Shown here: positions 26,101 to 34,654 of the stretch, piece by piece
How the letters are laid out: each line of letters opens with the position of its first letter
Position numbering within the stretch: the first letter of the stretch is position 1
IMG/VR virus record: IMGVR_UViG_3300049165_000108
Coordinates: 1 to 53,940 of that record
Length of the DNA: 53,940 bases
Strand: one strand, 5' to 3'
Source of the DNA: a virus
Lineage: Duplodnaviria; Caudoviricetes
Made by a program: the position numbers and the translations under genes
Notes under the pieces: generated by a model
The model's database searches: none
Seen by the model: the letters and a program-made list of their open reading frames with translations, nothing else
What the model was told of the DNA's origin: nothing

Positions 26101-27575
26101 CCGGCAGCCAAGCACGCCGCACCGGATCGCATGGCACACAGTTGGCGGGCGCCACGGGCGGCCTGTACACGGGCAGCGACTTCAAGTACCGCGGCCGCCG
26201 CGGCTACGCGCGGGGTGGCCTCGTCGACGGGCCCGGCACCGAAACCAGCGACAGCGTGTTCGCCGGGCCGTGGCTGAGCAAGAACGAGTTCGTCGTCAAC
26301 GCCAAGCAGACGGCCCGGCATTTGCCGCTGCTGAAGGCGATCAACTCGGGTCAGTTCGGTGGCGGCGGGATGGCCGGGGCCGGTACGGCGGTGGGCGCGG
26401 GCCTGGCGGCGGGGATGGCCACGGCAACGGGCGCGGTGGAGAAGGCGGCACGCGCGATGGCCGCCGCTGTGACCACGGGCGTGCGGGAGGAGCTTCAAAT
26501 CGCCTCACCGTCACGCAAGATGAAGGCCGTGGCCAAGGACATCGGCCGGGGTTTCATCAGCGGTCTGACCGGCTCCCGCGCGAAGATCAAGTCGGTGTCG
26601 AAGGACCTCGCGAACGACGTGCGCGCCGCGTTCTCCGGTCGCCGCGAGTCGTCCCTCATCAGGGTCATCAACAGGGACACCAACAAGCTGCTGTCTCTGG
26701 CGTCGAAGCGCGACGGCATCGCCAAGAAGATCGCCGACGCCAACAAGTTCGCCACCGACACCGCGAGCAACGCCCGCGCCGGAGGCAGCCTCGCCTCCAT
26801 CGTCCAGCAGGACGCCTACTCGCCGAGGTACGTCAAAGGCGAGATGCAGGCCTCCCTCAAGCAGATCAAAGCGTTCACGGCGAACGTGCAGAAGCTCCAG
26901 AAGAAAGGCCTCAACAAGAACCTGCTACGGCAGATCCTGGAGATGGGCCCCGAGCAGGGCGCCGCCTTCGCCGCCTCCCTCGCAGGCGCCGACAAAGCCA
27001 CGATCAAGCAGTACAACTCGCTCAACTCCCAGATCAACAGCGCCTCCGGCAAGCTCGGCAAGGTCGGCGCGGACCTCCTGTACGACTCCGGGAAGAAGGC
27101 CGGGCAGGGCTTCCTCACCGGGCTGAAGGCGCAGCAGAAGGACATCGAGAAGCTGATGCTCAACATCGCGAAGGCGATGCAGAAGAGCATCCGCAAGGCG
27201 CTGGGTATCAAGTCGCCGAGCCGGGTCATGGAGACGATCGGACGCCTGACCGGCCTTGGGCTGCCGGTCGGCATCACCCGCGCGCTGCCGGCCGTACGGG
27301 CGGCGATGCAGCGGGTCGCCGCCACAGTGGCAACCGGCGTGCCCACGGCGCTGCCCGCCATCGCCGGGCCCGCCGTGTCCGCCCCGGCTCTCGCCGTCGG
27401 CGCCACCCGTACAGCCCGCCAGCAGACGCGCGGCAGCGCGCCGAACATCACCGTGGTCGTGCAGAACAACGGAGTGCTCGGCTCGCAGATGCAGGTGGAG
27501 AACTGGCTCGCCCGCGCACTCGACAACCTCGCCCGCACCAACCGGCTGCCACGCGGCCTGAGGACGGTCGCCTGA
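23106..27575 (+). CDS. Tape measure protein
   Basis: 1489 aa, Ala-rich helical, Trp-periodic repeats, two I.SPSR motifs. Confidence 0.93.
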   Translation: MADLIGTATIRVDMGTPTAVRSIRRMVAQAEGPLRQLQRRAADVRGELGRLRGTSVAVTVDDQTSAGVAAVRGAVADVGRLGPLRIPVTVDDDTGPGIGNVQATVDRLRRLGAIRIPVTIDDDTSVGAATVQATVARLQRLGPVQINARLDADPMAIAASASALRGLQDAARGTARTLASLTTRATTATAALIALGAAARTLRGDMDDLDGSIRRTGGGMTALRGRLGTVTTSAGNASTSLGMLKSVAITLAPALIPIAVQAAPIATSLTAATVAIGVFAAAAGGQISAMSQAADAEKKYKDAVDEHGASSEEAAKAQAAYQRQVQKMPPATRQAAAALSVFKDGYRQWSDALAGDTMPVATKAFATFGALFPKLTPVVQGAGTQLNRFFTIAAGAIESPGFDQFMQRFADFSSGVLQRANEGLIRFTRTLNTGKVSGGASEFMEYVRANGPLVRETLSNLAQALSNILQAAANVGPGLLTVVNAFAGLVAALPPGVITAMLQLALALKAVRLAAAAMAATTVGTTAFAAAIGGMRTAAAGATGVLPRLAAAIGVMSRATKLAVAGTGIGLLVIALSELSQRGRQAPPDIDKLTSSLSKLGATGKVTGEAAKAFGNDLDGLYGKVRSLTDPGTTDKLQQFLVGWTGWDSTPVKEAKEHLDSVDQALANLVKDGKADLAAAALKRLTAEYGKGGRDTKQFTQELDGYKAAIEDAKFEQKLAADAMGLFGQQAQQTSAKLAEQKASADGLRQAIQALNDVNRAGLSGMIGFEAAVDAASKAARDNAGVLSMQGGQLSLNTEKQRAAAQALQDLASKTDEAAGAARESGQSWAAVNGIYERGRQQLIANAMQMGLTRAEAEKLASTILKTPNKTALLKADITDWKTKIGEAEKQLKTAKGDKKAKLTADIADWRVKVAQAERQLLGAKASKQAKLTADIEVWRAKVAAAERQLRTAKGSKKATLTANIDDWRKKIGAAQRQINSLPPSRSTTLTITTNYRVTGSQARRTGSHGTQLAGATGGLYTGSDFKYRGRRGYARGGLVDGPGTETSDSVFAGPWLSKNEFVVNAKQTARHLPLLKAINSGQFGGGGMAGAGTAVGAGLAAGMATATGAVEKAARAMAAAVTTGVREELQIASPSRKMKAVAKDIGRGFISGLTGSRAKIKSVSKDLANDVRAAFSGRRESSLIRVINRDTNKLLSLASKRDGIAKKIADANKFATDTASNARAGGSLASIVQQDAYSPRYVKGEMQASLKQIKAFTANVQKLQKKGLNKNLLRQILEMGPEQGAAFAASLAGADKATIKQYNSLNSQINSASGKLGKVGADLLYDSGKKAGQGFLTGLKAQQKDIEKLMLNIAKAMQKSIRKALGIKSPSRVMETIGRLTGLGLPVGITRALPAVRAAMQRVAATVATGVPTALPAIAGPAVSAPALAVGATRTARQQTRGSAPNITVVVQNNGVLGSQMQVENWLARALDNLARTNRLPRGLRTVA

Positions 27576-30500
27576 TGCCACTCACCGGGGAACTCCGCGA
27601 CACCTTCGACGACGGCGTCGTCGACACCACGAAGTGGCCGTCGAACTACAACACCGGCGGCGGTGGCATGCCCACCGAAACCGGCGGCCGGGCCCGCGTG
27701 CCGTGTGACACGGGATTCGCCGCGTTCACCAGCGACAACACCTACACGCTCGCCGAGTCCCACGCCTGGGTGGAGATGTACCCGCCAGCGGCAGGGGGCG
27801 CGGCCACCGAGGCGTGGTCGCAACTGCTGATCGCCTCGTCGACGTCGGGCACCGATGCGATCGCCGAGGTGAACGCGGTCACCGGCGAACTGACCCTGGC
27901 CGTACGGACCGGATTCTTCGACCCGGGCGCCACCATCCTCACCTACAACCCGGTAGACCACCGCTGGATCCGAATCCGCGAGACCGGCGGAAACCTCTTC
28001 TTCGACACCAGCGCGGACGGCCTGACCTGGACCAACCAGCGCACCACCACGTCACCGGCCTGGGTGGGAGATGCGGATCTGGAGATCCAGCTCATCACCC
28101 ACCGCGACTCCGGCACACCCGACGTCGCCGAGTTCGACAACTTCAACGTCACCCCCAGCTCGGCGGTGTTCGCCGACCTCAGCGACACCTTCGACACTCC
28201 GACCGTCGACACCGCGAAGTGGCCGGACAACTACAACAGTGCGCCCGGCGGCGCCCTGCCCGATCAGCCCGCCGGCCTGGCTCGCGTGCCGTGTGACGAG
28301 GGCTTCGCCGCCTACGCCTCCGCCCCGATCTACCGTTTGCAGGACTCGCACGCCCACGTCCAGCTCACCCCGCCGCACGGGCCCGGCCATTCCGAGTCGT
28401 ACGCCCAGCTCCTCATCCTCAGCGACGTGCCGGGCACGCAGATCGTGTTCGAAGTCGACGCCGCCACCAACCTGCTGCTGATGGCGATCCACGAAGGCTT
28501 CGTCGATGAGAACGCAGCCAGCCTCCCGTACGACCCGATGGCGCACGCGTGGCTCCGCATCCGCGAAACGGCGAGCATCCTGCACTGGGACACCAGCCCC
28601 GACGGCCGCGAGTGGACCACCCAGCACACCGAGATCGCGCCGGGCTGGACAGCGCAGAACAACCTCAGCGTGCAGCTCCTCGCCCACTGCACCCCGCTGG
28701 TCACCGGCGGCCCGCCCTCGGACGACTACGCCTACTTCGACAACTTCAACATCCGGCCCACCCTGCCCGAGCGGTACACCATCGCCGTCGACTGGACCGG
28801 CGACGGCACCTTCGACGGGCCGAACGACGACGTCACCGACGACGTCCTCCAGCGCGGCCCCGCCACCTTCGCCTACGGCCGCGACCAGGCCCGGCAGCTT
28901 GCTCCGCCACGCGTGGGCTCAATGTCGCTGAGCCTGTGCAACGCAGAGCGCATCTACTCCCCGGAGAACCCCGACTCGCCGATCGCCGATGACCTGTCGC
29001 CCGCCGCACCGGTGAAGGTGGAAACCGTCTACCAGGACACCCTGTACCCGCTGTTCACCGGCCGGGTCGACGACTTCGAGGTCCATCCTGACCGCGGCGA
29101 CCGCTCCATCGACATCACCGCTCTCGACTTGCTGTCGCTCCTGCAAGGCATGAAGATCTCCACGGAGCTGTACCAGGCGCAGCGCACCGGCACCCTCGTT
29201 CATGCGATCCTCAACGCGGTCGGCTGGACGGGCCCGCGCGACATCGACCTCGGCGCCACGTTCGCGCCCTGGTGGTGGCTGGAGGAAGCCGACGCCTTCA
29301 CCGCGCTGAACGACCTGCTCGCCTCCGAGGGGCCGCCGGCCATCGCTTACGTCGCCCCCGATGGCACCTTCACCTTCCGCGACCGGCACCACCGCCTGCT
29401 GCGCCCCGAGTCCCTCACGTCGCAGGCCACGTTCGCCGCCGTACGGCCCATCTGCCTGACCACGCACACCGTTGACGGGCCGCCCCAGCAGCTTCAGGTC
29501 TCCGACGAAGGGGGACTCCTGGCGACGCTCACCGTCGGGGCGAAGACGGTCACCGTCCGCGGACCGAGCAGGACGTTTACCGAGCAAAAGCGGCCCTTCG
29601 CCGATGCCTTCGACCGCACCCGCAGCGACGGGTGGGGGCCCTCCCCGGGCGGCGGCACCTGGTCCAACTCTGGCGGTGTCGCCGCTAACTACAGTGTGTC
29701 CGCAGGCACCGGCCGGATCAGCATCACGGCGGCCAACGCCGCCCGGAACACCTCCCTCATCGACAACCTCACCGACATGGACGCCCGCCTGTCCTGGTCC
29801 ATGGACGTGATGCCCACCGGCAACGCCTCCAGCCTCGCGCTGTCGTTCGCCTACACGAGCGCCACCAGTCAGTACCGGGCTCGTCTCACCGTGCTCACCA
29901 CCGGCACCGTCCAGCTCATCCTCGAAAAGCAAACCTCGTCCGCCACCACCACCCTCGGCGCACTGACCACCGTCGGCACCGGCTACACCGTCGGCGACAT
30001 CTGGCACATCCGCGCCCAACGCCAGGGCACCACCCTGCGCTGCCGCGCCTGGAAGGACGGCACCCCCGAGCCCGCCACGTGGCTGCACGAAGTGACGGAC
30101 GACGAGCTGGGCGCCGGACGCGTCGGGGTGCGCGGTATCGCTTCGACCGGATCCACGGCCGTGCCGTTCACCTTCCACGTGCACGACTTCCAGCTGTACT
30201 CAGGACGCTGGCCCGTCACCCCCACCGTCACCCACGACACGTGGGTCCGGGTCCTCGACGAGCCGTTCAACAGCGTGTGGACTCCCGCGCTCGCCGACCA
30301 GATCCGCCAGTGGGCCATCGACACCAGCCCCGACGTCCTCGCCCACGCCATGCGCTACATCACCGGCGCGGCGCCCGTCATCGACTCAACCCTGGGCGTG
30401 CAGGTCGCGGGCCAAGCGAACTACGGCCCCCTCGCCGCCGACGGCACCCGCATCGAGGGCGCCGACTTCCACGACTACATGGGCCTGGACTGGGTGTTCC

Positions 30501-30946
30501 CGAACGGGGAGACCCGCACCGCGAACCCCGCCGAGCTGACCAGCCTGGACTGTAGCGGCTTCGTCCGCATGGTCTACGGCTTCAACATGGGCCTGCCCAT
30601 GGTGTTCCAGCAGAACATCGACGGCATCAACCTGCCCCGCCGCACCCTCGACATCGGACCGAACGGGCCCGGCATCATCGTCGCCCAAGGAACAGCCGCA
30701 CCCCCCTCACTGGACAAAATCCAGATCGGCGACGTCCCCCACTTCGACGCCACATCCGACGGCGAAAGCGACGGACAGATCGACCACAACGGCATCTACA
30801 TCGGCGTCGACCAAAGCGGCAACATGCGGTTCATCAACAGCAGGAAGACACCCGACGGGCCCACCCTGGCGGACCTCGGCGGCGCATCCATCCTCAACGG
30901 CACCGGCACCTACAGCACCCGCCTGCGCATCATCCGCCGCTTCTAA
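27575..30946 (+). CDS. Minor tail protein: tandem beta-sandwich repeats, tail domain, C-terminal NlpC/P60 domain
   Basis: TGATG-coupled start at 27575; two DTFD...FDNFN repeats; LDCSGF and DHNGIY catalytic motifs. Confidence 0.8.
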   Translation: MPLTGELRDTFDDGVVDTTKWPSNYNTGGGGMPTETGGRARVPCDTGFAAFTSDNTYTLAESHAWVEMYPPAAGGAATEAWSQLLIASSTSGTDAIAEVNAVTGELTLAVRTGFFDPGATILTYNPVDHRWIRIRETGGNLFFDTSADGLTWTNQRTTTSPAWVGDADLEIQLITHRDSGTPDVAEFDNFNVTPSSAVFADLSDTFDTPTVDTAKWPDNYNSAPGGALPDQPAGLARVPCDEGFAAYASAPIYRLQDSHAHVQLTPPHGPGHSESYAQLLILSDVPGTQIVFEVDAATNLLLMAIHEGFVDENAASLPYDPMAHAWLRIRETASILHWDTSPDGREWTTQHTEIAPGWTAQNNLSVQLLAHCTPLVTGGPPSDDYAYFDNFNIRPTLPERYTIAVDWTGDGTFDGPNDDVTDDVLQRGPATFAYGRDQARQLAPPRVGSMSLSLCNAERIYSPENPDSPIADDLSPAAPVKVETVYQDTLYPLFTGRVDDFEVHPDRGDRSIDITALDLLSLLQGMKISTELYQAQRTGTLVHAILNAVGWTGPRDIDLGATFAPWWWLEEADAFTALNDLLASEGPPAIAYVAPDGTFTFRDRHHRLLRPESLTSQATFAAVRPICLTTHTVDGPPQQLQVSDEGGLLATLTVGAKTVTVRGPSRTFTEQKRPFADAFDRTRSDGWGPSPGGGTWSNSGGVAANYSVSAGTGRISITAANAARNTSLIDNLTDMDARLSWSMDVMPTGNASSLALSFAYTSATSQYRARLTVLTTGTVQLILEKQTSSATTTLGALTTVGTGYTVGDIWHIRAQRQGTTLRCRAWKDGTPEPATWLHEVTDDELGAGRVGVRGIASTGSTAVPFTFHVHDFQLYSGRWPVTPTVTHDTWVRVLDEPFNSVWTPALADQIRQWAIDTSPDVLAHAMRYITGAAPVIDSTLGVQVAGQANYGPLAADGTRIEGADFHDYMGLDWVFPNGETRTANPAELTSLDCSGFVRMVYGFNMGLPMVFQQNIDGINLPRRTLDIGPNGPGIIVAQGTAAPPSLDKIQIGDVPHFDATSDGESDGQIDHNGIYIGVDQSGNMRFINSRKTPDGPTLADLGGASILNGTGTYSTRLRIIRRF

Positions 30947-30964
30947 CCCCCCGGGAGACCCCCC

Positions 30965-31858
30965 GTGGCCCTGTCCTTCCTGGAACCCTTCGAGTACTCC
31001 CACGGCTGGCGCGACATCGTCAACCACGTCACCTTCGACATCGGCGAACGAAAGCCCGACACGACACGGTCCGTCGTGTGGCAATCCGACGACACGCTCG
31101 CCCTCGGCCTCGGCCAGAGCGTAACGGTCGAGGCCAAAGCGTCCGAGCCGTTCATGGACGCCCTCGACCTCGTTCCCGGCACCGACATCGTCTTCGGCGG
31201 CCCGGGCACCGTCATCACCTCCCTGTCCCGCCGCTCCGGCCAGTCGACCACCATCAGCGTCCTCGCCGCCGGCGGCCCGGTCACCATCACCCACCTGCAA
31301 GTACGAGCCCGCGCCGTCCCGACCGTGCGCACGGTGAAGGTGTCCGCCGACGACTCCGTCAGCGTCGGCCGGCACGGGCAGCGCTCCTACCCTGACGACG
31401 CACCGTGGGCCGGACAGCACGACGCCTTCGCCATCGCCCAGCTGCTGCTCGCCCACTACGCGCAGCGCCGCCCCACTGTGCAGCTCCGGCTGGTGTCGTC
31501 CGACCACGAGCACCTGATGCAGATCCTGACCCGCAAGCTGTCGGACCTGATCACCATCCGCCACGGTGAACTGCGCCTCGATAGCGACTTCCACGTCGAG
31601 AGCATCGAGCACACTATCGCCCGCATGCCGGACGAAGAACAGTCGGCATCGGGCTGCTCCCAGCGCGTGCACTACGCGGTCCTGGGCTGCGAACGCACGG
31701 GCCTGGTCGTGGCCACGAACCCGTTCACCTTCGACGTCACCGGACGCGGCTTCGACGACGGCGTGTTCGACCCGACCGCCGCCGACAACCCGGAGAGCGT
31801 GTTCATCTTCGACCACCCCACCCAGGGCCAGTTCGACGGCGGCCAGTTCGGCACCTGA
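30965..31858 (+). CDS. Minor tail protein
   Basis: GGGAG RBS; beta-rich; hub-like DLITI...FHVESIEH. Confidence 0.7.
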   Translation: MALSFLEPFEYSHGWRDIVNHVTFDIGERKPDTTRSVVWQSDDTLALGLGQSVTVEAKASEPFMDALDLVPGTDIVFGGPGTVITSLSRRSGQSTTISVLAAGGPVTITHLQVRARAVPTVRTVKVSADDSVSVGRHGQRSYPDDAPWAGQHDAFAIAQLLLAHYAQRRPTVQLRLVSSDHEHLMQILTRKLSDLITIRHGELRLDSDFHVESIEHTIARMPDEEQSASGCSQRVHYAVLGCERTGLVVATNPFTFDVTGRGFDDGVFDPTAADNPESVFIFDHPTQGQFDGGQFGT

Positions 31859-31865
31859 TCACCAC

Positions 31866-31898
31866 CCGGAATGATCTTCGGCCGGGGCTGTCTACCGT
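31866..31898 (+). promoter_or_regulatory. Putative late promoter, leaderless
   Basis: CCGGAATGATC, TACCGT at +27, ATG at 31906. Confidence 0.7.
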
Positions 31899-31905
31899 CG
31901 CGGAC

Positions 31906-32250
31906 ATGGCCCAACTCATCACGGCCCGGGCTAGGGCCCGCGTCAACCACGGCCGGTGGATCGCCGACTGCCCGCGCCGCTACTGCGCCAACGCGGTCAA
32001 GCTCGCGCCCGGGCAGGCCACCTTCCGCTGCGCCGGTGACGGCGGCTGCCAGATGGTCGCCCCGATCGAGTGGCCCGCCGACGCGGACGGCATCTGGGAG
32101 ACGCTGCTCAAGCGCCCCGTCCCAGGCACCCGCAACTGGTACCCCGACGGCCACGTGGAAGCCGTGCGCCTCGGCCTGCCCCACGGGCAGACACCGAGCG
32201 AACTCCTCGCCGAACAGCACGAGTACGAAGCAGCCGAGGCGGTGAGCTGA
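31906..32250 (+). CDS. Cys-rich tail-associated protein
   Basis: Four Cys (CPRRYC...CAGDGGC), RNW motif. Confidence 0.65.
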   Translation: MAQLITARARARVNHGRWIADCPRRYCANAVKLAPGQATFRCAGDGGCQMVAPIEWPADADGIWETLLKRPVPGTRNWYPDGHVEAVRLGLPHGQTPSELLAEQHEYEAAEAVS

Positions 32251-32251
32251 A

Positions 32252-32791
32252 ATGGCCTGGTCCGCACCCATGACAGCGGTCGCGAACAGCGTCTTCACCG
32301 CCGCCCAGTTCAACCAGTACGTGCGCGACAACCTCAACGAGACCGCGCCCGCCAAGGCCACCGCCGCCGGCGCCTACTTCGCCTCCAGCGGCATCAACGC
32401 CATCGTCGAACGACGCGCCGTCACCGCCTCCGAACTCGACACCGGCACCACCACCTCCACCACCTACGGCGACCTCACCGGCGCCCCCATCGGCCCCTTG
32501 GTGACCGTCACCACCGGACCCGCCGCGCTGATCATCGTGCGCGGTTCAGTGGAGAACAGCGGCGCAGGCTCCGCCCGGATGGGCTACCAGATTTCCGGCG
32601 CCACCAGCGTCGCCCCCGCCGACAACCGCGGTGTCCACGTCTTCGGTGGCGCCGGGGTCAACGTCGGCGGGGCCGATGTGTCGCTGTGGACGTCGCTGAC
32701 GCCGGGCAGCAACACGTTCACCGCCAAGTACCGGGTCAGCAGCGGCACCGGCTCGTTCTTCGCCCGCCGCATCATGGTCGTGCCGTTCTAA
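32252..32791 (+). CDS. Minor tail or receptor-binding protein, paralog 1
   Basis: MAWSAPMTAV...FNQYVRDNL; C-terminal LTPGSNTFTAKYR. Confidence 0.7.
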   Translation: MAWSAPMTAVANSVFTAAQFNQYVRDNLNETAPAKATAAGAYFASSGINAIVERRAVTASELDTGTTTSTTYGDLTGAPIGPLVTVTTGPAALIIVRGSVENSGAGSARMGYQISGATSVAPADNRGVHVFGGAGVNVGGADVSLWTSLTPGSNTFTAKYRVSSGTGSFFARRIMVVPF

Positions 32792-32802
32792 AGGGAGTGC
32801 CT

Positions 32803-33336
32803 GTGGCCTGGTCTGCGCCCATGACGGCGGTGAGTGGCAGCGTGTTCACCGCTGCCCAATTCAACCAATTCGTCCGGGATAATTTGAACGAAACGTCCCC
32901 GGCGAAAGCGACAACGGCCGGAGCGTACTTCACCGTCTCGGGCACCAACGAGATCACCGAGCGCGTGCCGCATTCCGTCAGCACCCTCATCTCCGAGACG
33001 ACCACCTCCACCAGCTACACCGACCTGACCACCATCGGCCCCGAGGTCACCGTCAACACCGGCCCGAACGCTCTGGTCCTGGTCCACGGCTCGCTGGAAA
33101 ACACCGGCGCAGGCTCATCCCGCATGGCCTATGAGGTGTCCGGCGCCTCCTCCATCGCGCCCGCCGACAACCGCGGCATCGGCACGTTCGGTGTGGCAGG
33201 TGCTGGTGTGGTCGCGTCGGGGGTGGCGCTACACACCGATCTGACGCCGGGCTCCAACACGTTCACGGCGAAGTATCGGGTGGCGTCCGGTACGGGCACG
33301 TTCCTGTCCCGCCGACTCGTGGTCTTCCCCCTGTAA
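32803..33336 (+). CDS. Minor tail or receptor-binding protein, paralog 2
   Basis: Collinear homolog of previous gene; GGGAG RBS and GTG. Confidence 0.7.
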   Translation: MAWSAPMTAVSGSVFTAAQFNQFVRDNLNETSPAKATTAGAYFTVSGTNEITERVPHSVSTLISETTTSTSYTDLTTIGPEVTVNTGPNALVLVHGSLENTGAGSSRMAYEVSGASSIAPADNRGIGTFGVAGAGVVASGVALHTDLTPGSNTFTAKYRVASGTGTFLSRRLVVFPL

Positions 33337-33348
33337 GGAGCTGACGTT

Positions 33349-34242
33349 ATGGCCTGGTGCCCGTTCGCTGAGAAGCTGGAGCTGCAGCCCGAGTCGGACG
33401 CGCAGGAAGCGATCCGGCCGACGCAGATGATCCTGCACAGCATCGTCGGCCCATGGACGCCGCGTCGCACGTACGAGTACTGGCGCGACAGCACCACGTT
33501 GGAGTCGCACTTCGGGGTCGGCTACCCGGGTGACGTCGCGCAGTACATCGGCACCGAAACTCGCGCGGATGCCAACTACCGGGCGAATCGGCGCCCGGAC
33601 GGGACCGGCGCGATCAGTGTGGAGACGGCATCGAACACCTCGGCCTCCGACCCGTGGACGGCCGCACAGGTGGAGACGCTCATCCGGCTCGGCGTGTGGG
33701 CGCACCAGCGCCACGGCATCCCCCTCCGCATCTGCCGCACGCACGACGACCCCGGGTTCGGATACCACCGGCTGTTCTCGCAGTGGTCGCCATCCGGCAC
33801 CGGCTGCCCCGGCGACGCCCGCATCAAGCAGTTCCGGACGGTGGTGTTCCCGGGGATCGTCGCCCGCGCCACCGGCGAAACCACCGAGGAGGATGACATG
33901 GCCCTGACCGACGCCGACGTCAAGAAGTTCTGGTACGGCGACCACATCCCGGCCGTCCCCCCGCCCTACAACAACGCCGACTGGAACGAGGGCAACCGGA
34001 CCTGGACGGCGAAGTACGCCATCCACACGATCGCCGCCTCCAACCGGGAGACCCTCGCCCGCGTCAAGGCCCTGGAACAGGTGGCGAAGCAGCTGCTCGC
34101 GCAGGGCGCCGCCCGTGACGCGGTGCTGGCGAAGCTCGCCGAAGGCGGTGGCCTCACCGCCGCCGAGATCAAGGCCGCAGCGGAGGCCGGCGCACAGGCC
34201 GCCCTCGACAAGCTCGGCAACGCCCTCACCAAGGAGTCCTGA
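33349..34242 (+). CDS. Endolysin, N-acetylmuramoyl-L-alanine amidase (Amidase_2)
   Basis: ILHS, SHF, SVET, GYHR, CPG Zn-amidase motifs. Confidence 0.88.
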   Translation: MAWCPFAEKLELQPESDAQEAIRPTQMILHSIVGPWTPRRTYEYWRDSTTLESHFGVGYPGDVAQYIGTETRADANYRANRRPDGTGAISVETASNTSASDPWTAAQVETLIRLGVWAHQRHGIPLRICRTHDDPGFGYHRLFSQWSPSGTGCPGDARIKQFRTVVFPGIVARATGETTEEDDMALTDADVKKFWYGDHIPAVPPPYNNADWNEGNRTWTAKYAIHTIAASNRETLARVKALEQVAKQLLAQGAARDAVLAKLAEGGGLTAAEIKAAAEAGAQAALDKLGNALTKES

Positions 34243-34244
34243 CC

Positions 34245-34436
34245 ATGAAGGTCTCTAAGTACGCCAAGGCCGCCGTGTCCGGCATCGCCGCCGGATCCGC
34301 GGCCGCCCTCACCGCCGCGCAGGACAGCGTGATCACCACCGGCGAGGGCGTCACCATCGCCCTGGCCGTCCTCGGCGCCTGGGGCATCACCTGGGCCGTC
34401 CCCAACAAGACCGCCCCGAAGGAGCCGCAGCTGTGA
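34245..34436 (+). CDS. Holin
   Basis: 63 aa, two hydrophobic segments, WAVPN, follows endolysin. Confidence 0.7.
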   Translation: MKVSKYAKAAVSGIAAGSAAALTAAQDSVITTGEGVTIALAVLGAWGITWAVPNKTAPKEPQL

Positions 34437-34654
34437 GCGCCCTCGACGCACGCATCCGCCGCCTCGCCCGCGAGGAGGCCGCCGCCCTCACCGGCACCGA
34501 GCCCGACGCGCCGCCCACCACGAAAGACGGCACCGACACAGGCGCGGAACTGGAGCAGCTCCGTACCGCCGTCAAGGAACTGACGGACCGCGTGGACGCC
34601 CTGGAGAAGGCGCCCCGCCGCGCCGCCACCGCCCGCAAGGGAACCGGCGAGTGA
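34433..34654 (+). CDS. Small coiled-coil protein
   Basis: Coupled at both ends; heptad pattern. Confidence 0.65.
   Translation: MSALDARIRRLAREEAAALTGTEPDAPPTTKDGTDTGAELEQLRTAVKELTDRVDALEKAPRRAATARKGTGE

Noticed and set aside
25919-27574. 1675-aa ORF starting at 25919
   Set aside because: The upstream part is an Arg-rich shadow frame of the tape measure gene; the real start is the TGATG-coupled ATG at 27575
29452-29480. CLTTHTV at the start of the tail insertion resembles an intein N-terminus
   Set aside because: No block B TxxH, no terminal HN followed by C/S/T, and the insert ends at a stop codon
32252-33336. Paralog pair as a DGR template/variable repeat or an invertible switch
   Set aside because: No reverse transcriptase or invertase in the window, differences are not adenine-specific, and both genes are intact and co-oriented
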